Source: Trichoplax sp. H2 (lineage: Eukaryota). From it: DNA of 64,000 nt. Shown here piece by piece: positions 57,449 through 64,000 of this stretch. The DNA lies in NCBI GenBank assembly GCA_003344405.1, contig NOWV01000137.1, positions 62,001-126,000 on the forward strand. The letters are read 5' to 3'. Position 1 is the first letter of the stretch. Each line of letters opens with the position of its first letter. The position numbers and the translations under genes are program-made. The notes beneath the pieces are model-generated. The model worked only from the letters and a program-made list of their open reading frames with translations, did not search any database and had not been told where the DNA came from.

Positions 57449-57529
57449 TCTGTTAATTTTATTAACAAATTATTAACAAATGGGTACATTATCGTAAACC
57501 GTCAGCAAAGCGACGGGAGTTTGGACTAG
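57449..57529 (+). mobile_element. Helitron-type 3' terminus, possibly an 81-bp non-autonomous mini-Helitron
   Basis: Hairpin CCGTCAGC-aaa-GCGACGG (57499-57516), then 9 nt, then CTAG|T (57526-57530). Candidate 5' end A|TC at 57448-57450. Confidence 0.6.
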
Positions 57530-58659
57530 TACTGATTAATTCTTGGATCGGTTATGAATTTATAGTATTGAAGGTGATAAATAGGACGCAATAGATAGGT
57601 CCAATTAGAGCTTAGCAATAGCACATAACTCCATATCAGAAATGTACGTGCATATATGAGCTCTATCTGATATGCAACTTTAGCTGCAATAGGGGGTTAG
57701 AAACTCATCGAATCAATAAGTTGCAAGATAGTATGTCTCTGCTATCTTTATTCCTTCTGATCTCAGTAAATTTACCAATCAAAAATTTATTTTTAAATAC
57801 CGACTACTTTTAAGTCCTATGCAACCATGTTAGGGCCTATGTAATTCTCATCTATTGACCTGAAATTGTATACAGCTAAAACTGAATGTCGGTGGCGATA
57901 TCTTTTTTTATTAGATATTAGATATCGACTAACTTTAACAACTATAATTAGCAATACTTATTCTGGAGTATCACATGCTTTACCATTATAGATAGAAATC
58001 CTTTGCGTGTTACTATGGTAAAATACTAATATGAAATAGCATTGTTTCAAAGCTAATCTGTTCTATTCATAGCCCAAATTTATCCTGCGTATCTGCAAGT
58101 AAAAATACTTACAGCTCCGTATTTGGGCTGTCAATATTGGCTGTGAAGACTAAATTATTAATCATCATATTGCAACTGCTCTATTAGAGCTTCCTTAATT
58201 TAAATGATGACGATGAGAGTTTTTTTACGCAAACAAATAAAATTTTATTGCGGATAGCAGTATCGTTCTAACTGTTCTAACTATTACCAGTGTTACTACG
58301 ATTACAAATTCCTTTCTAGAAACCTTATTCGTAAGAGAATTCTTGAAGAATTAATTATAGCTTGAATACAGGCATAAAATATTATCAAATATCTTAGTAC
58401 CGCTGTTATCGTTTGATGTAGTAGTGGTTATTTTATCAAGTGTTAATTTCCTTCGTCTTCATAGTTTTTCCCAATATCAGTAGCTAAAAGGACGGGTAAG
58501 AGATTGAGAAAGGGTTTAAAACTTGATTAGTGATCTTAGTACGGGCGTAATTGTTATCTGCTGTATACTGCCATTAATTTCATCAAAAATTAAACAAGTC
58601 ATCCAGGTGAGACTAATTTTACAATCCATAGTCAAATCGAGATCGGCAGGGTATGAAAA

Positions 58660-58855
58660 ATGAACTAAAACTTTCCAAAAGCTGAATAGGCCTATAAGCG
58701 TTGATATTATTCTCGTCTATTATTAGCGGCAAAGTTGTCGAAAAGAGCTCATCAAAGTTTAAAAAGTGAACGAAAACTTGAGTATAGATCTTGGCAATAT
58801 CTTGTTTGTTTCAATTTGCTATAATAGGCGTACATTGCTACCGTCAATACCTTCA
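58660..58855 (-). pseudogene. Fossil non-LTR retrotransposon reverse-transcriptase fragment
   Basis: Minus strand gives EGIDGSNVRLL*QI... and, after a frameshift, ...DENNINAYRPIQLLESFS. These resemble the ordered LINE RT motifs GPDG...RLLK and NYRPISLL. Confidence 0.4.
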
Positions 58856-58919
58856 AATATTAATAGCATCATTTTAAAAATTTATTCGAATATAATTGCT
58901 AAACCCATTTTGCTAGTGT

Positions 58920-59780
58920 TTAAACACTGAAGTAAAACTCTATCACAGATAAGAGCATTGCTATTTTACTGAGCCGTATACCAAGTACTTGTTATTACAG
59001 GTAAGCTATCCATGCCCTAATCGAAACTTTAATTTTAGTGCGAGCGTTTTCATTGCAGATAATAAAAAGTGCTTATCCGTGTAATAAAAAAAAAATTTTT
59101 AAAGGTATATCATAAATACTGGCGGGCAGCTTATTCTCTAAGAAGAAAATAGATTCGCCAAGGACTTGTACATCCCCGAGTTAATGGCTTATTAGAGTAT
59201 TCAAGCGAAGTATACTCTGAGCTCAAACTTTAATTTCATTATGAGAGCCGTTATTATGGATTATCGTACCGTTGTAAGTGAAAATGGTGACAATAAAAAC
59301 TTTAATTTCAATCCATGGACTTTAACGGGCAATTTATCGAAATAGATAATCTACGGATCTATTGAAACAGGCAAGCTCTTCATGCACTAATTTCAAAGTC
59401 AAGTTTTAATATGAGCGCTGTTATTACGGATTAACGGTACTTGCTATCATAAGTGGGTACAATAACAAAAATATCATCAGTGGTATACTGTAAATACCAA
59501 AGGACTATTTATTATCTACGAAGAAGGTAGTATCGCAAAGGATTTATTTTAGCAGTTAAGCTACGCATACTCTTATGTTAAACTTTAGTTTCGAAGCAGG
59601 AGCTGTTATTAAAGATTTTTGTTCCGTTATAAGTGGAAAATAAGGATCTGAAACATTTTAAAGGTATATTATATATATCATCAGTTTATCGCTCATTAAA
59701 GTAGAGAACAATATCGAGGACTGTTGTTGTTGTGCACAAATTAAAACTTTATTGTAGTATCTAAACTGCTATTTTTATGT
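58920..59780. repeat. Degenerate ~170-200-bp tandem repeat (4-5 units)
   Basis: Recurring aagc....catgc.cta....aaactttaattt.a....gagc.gttatta.ggatt.....ataagtg at ~59002, 59202, 59372, 59557. Confidence 0.65.
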
Positions 59781-62700
59781 TTTGGTCTCCTTATCGACCA
59801 TCTTGAAACAGAACCATAGATACTAAACAACAAACGTTGATCAAAATTGATCTGCTACACTATCGGGAATTCGTTAAGCTTCCCAAGTGTATAAAATGCA
59901 CCATCATATTTCCTTTCGTAGCGATAAGTCGAACTATTTCGCTTGATTAAGTAAAATAGCTACTCGAAATTGCAATGATATGATCATATGAGGAATAAAA
60001 GAAATGATGGCACGTCAAACCAGTTCCTTCATGTTCAAAAGTAATGCAAGAGCAGCCCTATCGCAATTATTACAATTTATTTGCTAGAATGATTGATAAT
60101 AAAGTTGAAATAATGCAAATTACAGACGGTTGAATACATAAAATAAATAATTACTATGTTTAATACCAAATCGAGATATTAAAATTCAATTATTATCGCA
60201 TGATAAACATGGTTTACTCTCACACTAGTAATAAACACAATTATCTCTATCATTAGCCTGAACAGCAATCAAACTTGTACAAATATTAGCGTATCGTTTG
60301 TATCGGATTAATAATTATTATGAACATACGGACAACACCCAGTTGATAAAAAATTATTTCTAATGACAGGAAATAGCGATTCAGTTATTTCATAGAGAGC
60401 ATTAGATATTGTAAATTATACAACTGTGAATGATCATTGCATCATATAGTAACACTAGCGAGGAAATAATATTGATGATGGGAATCAGCTTAGGAAAATG
60501 ACCTTAGTGTCTATCACTAAACTATTGTGAAGAGATTAACATGTAATCTGCTTATTTACTTTTCATCTTCATAAACAATGAAAATTCAATATGGTTAAAC
60601 GTAGGTGAAATGACGAGTAAAACATTTAGCCAAGGTCGAATAAAGTATTTGCACGAAGTTATTTAGTTAACTTTTAAATGTAACTATAACGACATAAAAA
60701 TATTTTTATTTCCTTTGATAGAATGCAATTTAAGGCTTAAGATAAACCACTACTAAGCTTCAAGGTCAACATCTTGATGAATGAATAAAACAAAATATTT
60801 TAAAATATTACGAAATTAAAATATCGCTGTTTTTAGGTTTATACTTATGAAATTAAATATTTTTATGTTTTCATAAATACTTTATGTCATTCAACTTGAG
60901 TAAGATTAAGAAGTTTTTAATTCGATTTTACCTTCATTTTATAGCTTTGTGTGCCACTTAAAAGAAAAAGTTAATGTTCATAGAATATAGGCTGAAAAGA
61001 TAATGTTTTTCATTGATGAAGCATGAAAGAACTATAAGTGTTTTTTGCTGAACTCTTGATTGGATTACATCTAAAGTTTTGTATTTCAGTCTTTCGTTTA
61101 CTTGTGAAAAAATCATTAATGATCTTCTTAGGATAGTTATAATTAGTATTTACTGTATAAATTGGATACTAGACACAGAAAGAAATTGTAAATATTGAAA
61201 AACCTGGATTTACTCTTATTCTATCACGATTTTTAGGATCTAAATAGAATTTTTAGTTTATTCCCGGAAACTTTTAATTTACTTAAGTAGAAAATTTAGT
61301 AATTTCTAAATGATATCATTGAGCATAATATTATGGTAAAAATGTCGTCTGTTATATAAATGTATTCGTTAATCTTCTACTTTACCGTTTATCACATTTT
61401 TAGTTTGAAAATAATGAGAGATTCAGTTATTTATTGATAGAAATCATTTTATAAATGATATCGTGAAATAGTGTTATTAATGATTTTAATGACAATACAT
61501 TTAGGAATTTTTGGTGCTATAAGTATTTTAGTAAATTAATGATACAGTCTTCTATCGAGAAATAGATCCCAAACTTACTTACAAATCAAGTGCTAAGAAC
61601 TATTAACTATTGCACTTTAACCAGAAAATTTGGATATCGAATAGTCAATAATTGCGAAGTAAGCTTCACATTTAACATTTATAGCTTGAATATTTTTGCC
61701 GGTTTCAGTCCCCTTATCTAAGAAAAAGTAGGAATTCATCTATCGCTATAATTTAGTACGATATATTATTATATTATTAATAATATGAGTTCCAAGAAGT
61801 AGAATGCTATTTATTTACGAACTAAAGTAATTTTATAATTGGTTTATTGGTTTTGCATAGTATGAGAAGCTTAAATTTAAGTTAGTAGTTAGCCAATCAT
61901 TTTGAAATGAAATAGCATTACATAAGAGAATTATTGAAATTATATATGAATACATTATTTGGAGAACACTGGCTACTTCATAGACTTTGTTTGGTTGATT
62001 AGGCGTGACTTGGGCAGTTAAGATTAAAGAATTAGTAAACACATGACATTGAAATTAATAAATAGTAAGATGCTGAAAAGCATTTTTGGATTATATTTAT
62101 ACTGCTTCCATAGTAAATTGATTTATAGACTGAAATGTGTATACCTTATTGAAAATATGTATTATTCAAATGAAATTGAAAGAATTAATGCATTAATATT
62201 AAAATTAATATCAAAGGGCTGCATATGCAATTCCGTAAACATGTGACATAAATGTAACCTTCATTGCTCTATTTTTACAACGGCCTTTCTCCTAATATTG
62301 CAGCGAAATACTGAAAAATAGCCAGCAGGGGCGAAATATAACAATGAAAACTCCAATTTACTTACAGCTTGAAATTTTTATGATCGATTGCGCCTGTTTA
62401 AACTGTTACATAATCTTACTCTAAGGGCGAATCAAAAAAATATAATCGTTACTGATTAAATACGATAGTTAGATGTCGAATTACATTACATTGTAAATTA
62501 ATTTTTTTCAATTCACAAAATGATTCAGTTTAGTCCATGTAGTGTATTTAGTTTCACTGTAGTTTTTAGACATGTTCGTAAATATAGACATTTCGTTATG
62601 TTCCGAATATAGATACCTCTAAAGTCTATTTCAACTATGCTTAAATATAGCTTGTCGTATTTAGTAATTTATAGCACCTACAGTCTTGGCTATTTCCTAC

Positions 62701-62894
62701 ACCCATGCACTATTATATAGTCTGTTTATGGAATATGATGTATCTAATTCTATAATACTGTTCTCTGCATATGTTCTCTCTCTAAAACTATAAATACTGA
62801 TGATTTCTGCCTCAGATTCATTCAGTTGCACTATTGGTCGTAGTAGTACTTCCTCACTTTACTTCACGACGGCTTACACGCTGATCTACCGTAA

Positions 62895-63152
62895 CTACCG
62901 CATTGTACCTCCATTACTATCTACAATAAAGTATTCACCTTTATTAAAATCCCTTGCATATTTTCTGTGAATGGCTACTAAGCCCGTAGCCGCTGATTCA
63001 TCCAACCCACCATCATAGTCCATATCATATTTAGGCAAATAATAAGGTATATTAGGTAAAAGTAAAAGATTATTATGAAATTTATTAATTAATAAAACTA
63101 AAGCTGATTTTAAAATACTGTATAGTAAAGCTACAGAACTCATCCTAATCAA
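62895..63152 (-). other. Unassigned coding-like fragment
   Basis: ORF ...PYYLPKYDMDYDGGLDESAATGLVAIHRKYARDFNKGEYFIVDSNGGT has protein-like composition in otherwise AT-rich DNA; no family recognised. Confidence 0.2.
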
Positions 63153-64000
63153 AGACTATTGAATATTATTAAGAGAAAGTAATATAGTCGAATATACTTT
63201 CTCTTTCATAATAACTTCACAAAGAAACTACCGGTTTATATTTAATAAACTAACGAGGAAAAATTTTTTCATGTATTAAGTATACATTGAATTTCCTCCT
63301 TTCGGTTATTATGTTATTATATTGAGTACGTAATCGTATCATGAATATTATTGAGCTATATATTTAACTCTATGGCAGAAATATCCATTACTCTAGAAAT
63401 CGATGCTTTCATGCTAGTATCAAATTCTTGCAAGATTGTTTACAGAAATATGCCTCTTAGTATTTCTATTACAAGATCTATGTTGTATCATAGAACAGAG
63501 CTAGATGGCATGCATGTAATGCAAATGAGGAGAATTTATTTGCCTACTGTCAATATAGAACAACGCTACATTAAATCCTTATCTGGAATAAACGGGTGGG
63601 ATTAAGATTAGGTTAAAAGGAAATCCGTATAATTTATCCGCTTTTGATAAAAATGTAAATAGGTTTGCTGAAAATTGTTATCATCTTGAAGCCTATACTT
63701 ATTGACACAGCTGGAGCCAAACCTATTTAGATTATGCAAATAGGAAGGTTTCACAATCCAACTTGGTTAGTCTTCTAGACAATGTGAATATCGTATGATC
63801 TCGGCAATTGCCTCCATATTAACGTTATTAAGCACCTAAGGTCACAGTTAAGAATCTCAGTGAAGGTCGATGTTGTATCCTGTTGACTATATCAAATAGA
63901 ATAATGAAGCTCAACTAATAAACAACGTTAATTCTAGTTTCTGCTTAGGTCAATTTGATTGTTAAAGTCATGCATCAATCGCCATGGAGTATTTATATTT

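Noticed and set aside
60990-61030. Walker-B-like KIMFFIDEA
   Set aside because: Bounded by stops on both sides with no Walker A or other motif nearby; likely chance.

Overview
AT-rich, intron-dense animal genomic DNA. The gene style resembles a basal metazoan such as the placozoan Trichoplax (inference, not verified). 1-29 kb: three tandem + strand paralogues encoding MUC4/SUSD2/Mesh-like single-pass membrane proteins (signal peptide, S/T/P stretch, NIDO, AMOP, VWD with GDPH, Ig/cadherin-like module, 7 EGF repeats, juxtamembrane module, TM, short tail). The first is cut off by the window edge. About 170-210 bp after each stop codon lies the same ~120-bp conserved element. It reads as a frame-preserved antisense peptide and also folds as a hairpin; it is the most unexplained signal here. 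30-55 kb: VPS36 (-), AASDHPPT (+, with an in-frame TGA), AIFM1 (-), MAGT1/TUSC3 (+, with a textbook U12 intron) and an unknown coiled-coil gene (-). The AIFM1-MAGT1 divergent intergenic region appears twice around a 20-N gap, probably as two alleles. It is packed with TACAGTA/TACTGTA units resembling Tc1/mariner excision footprints, and one copy carries a TA-flanked MITE absent from the other. 56-64 kb is gene-poor, with Helitron-type 3' ends, a fossil LINE RT fragment and degenerate tandem repeats. Exon boundaries were read by eye and may be off by a few bases.
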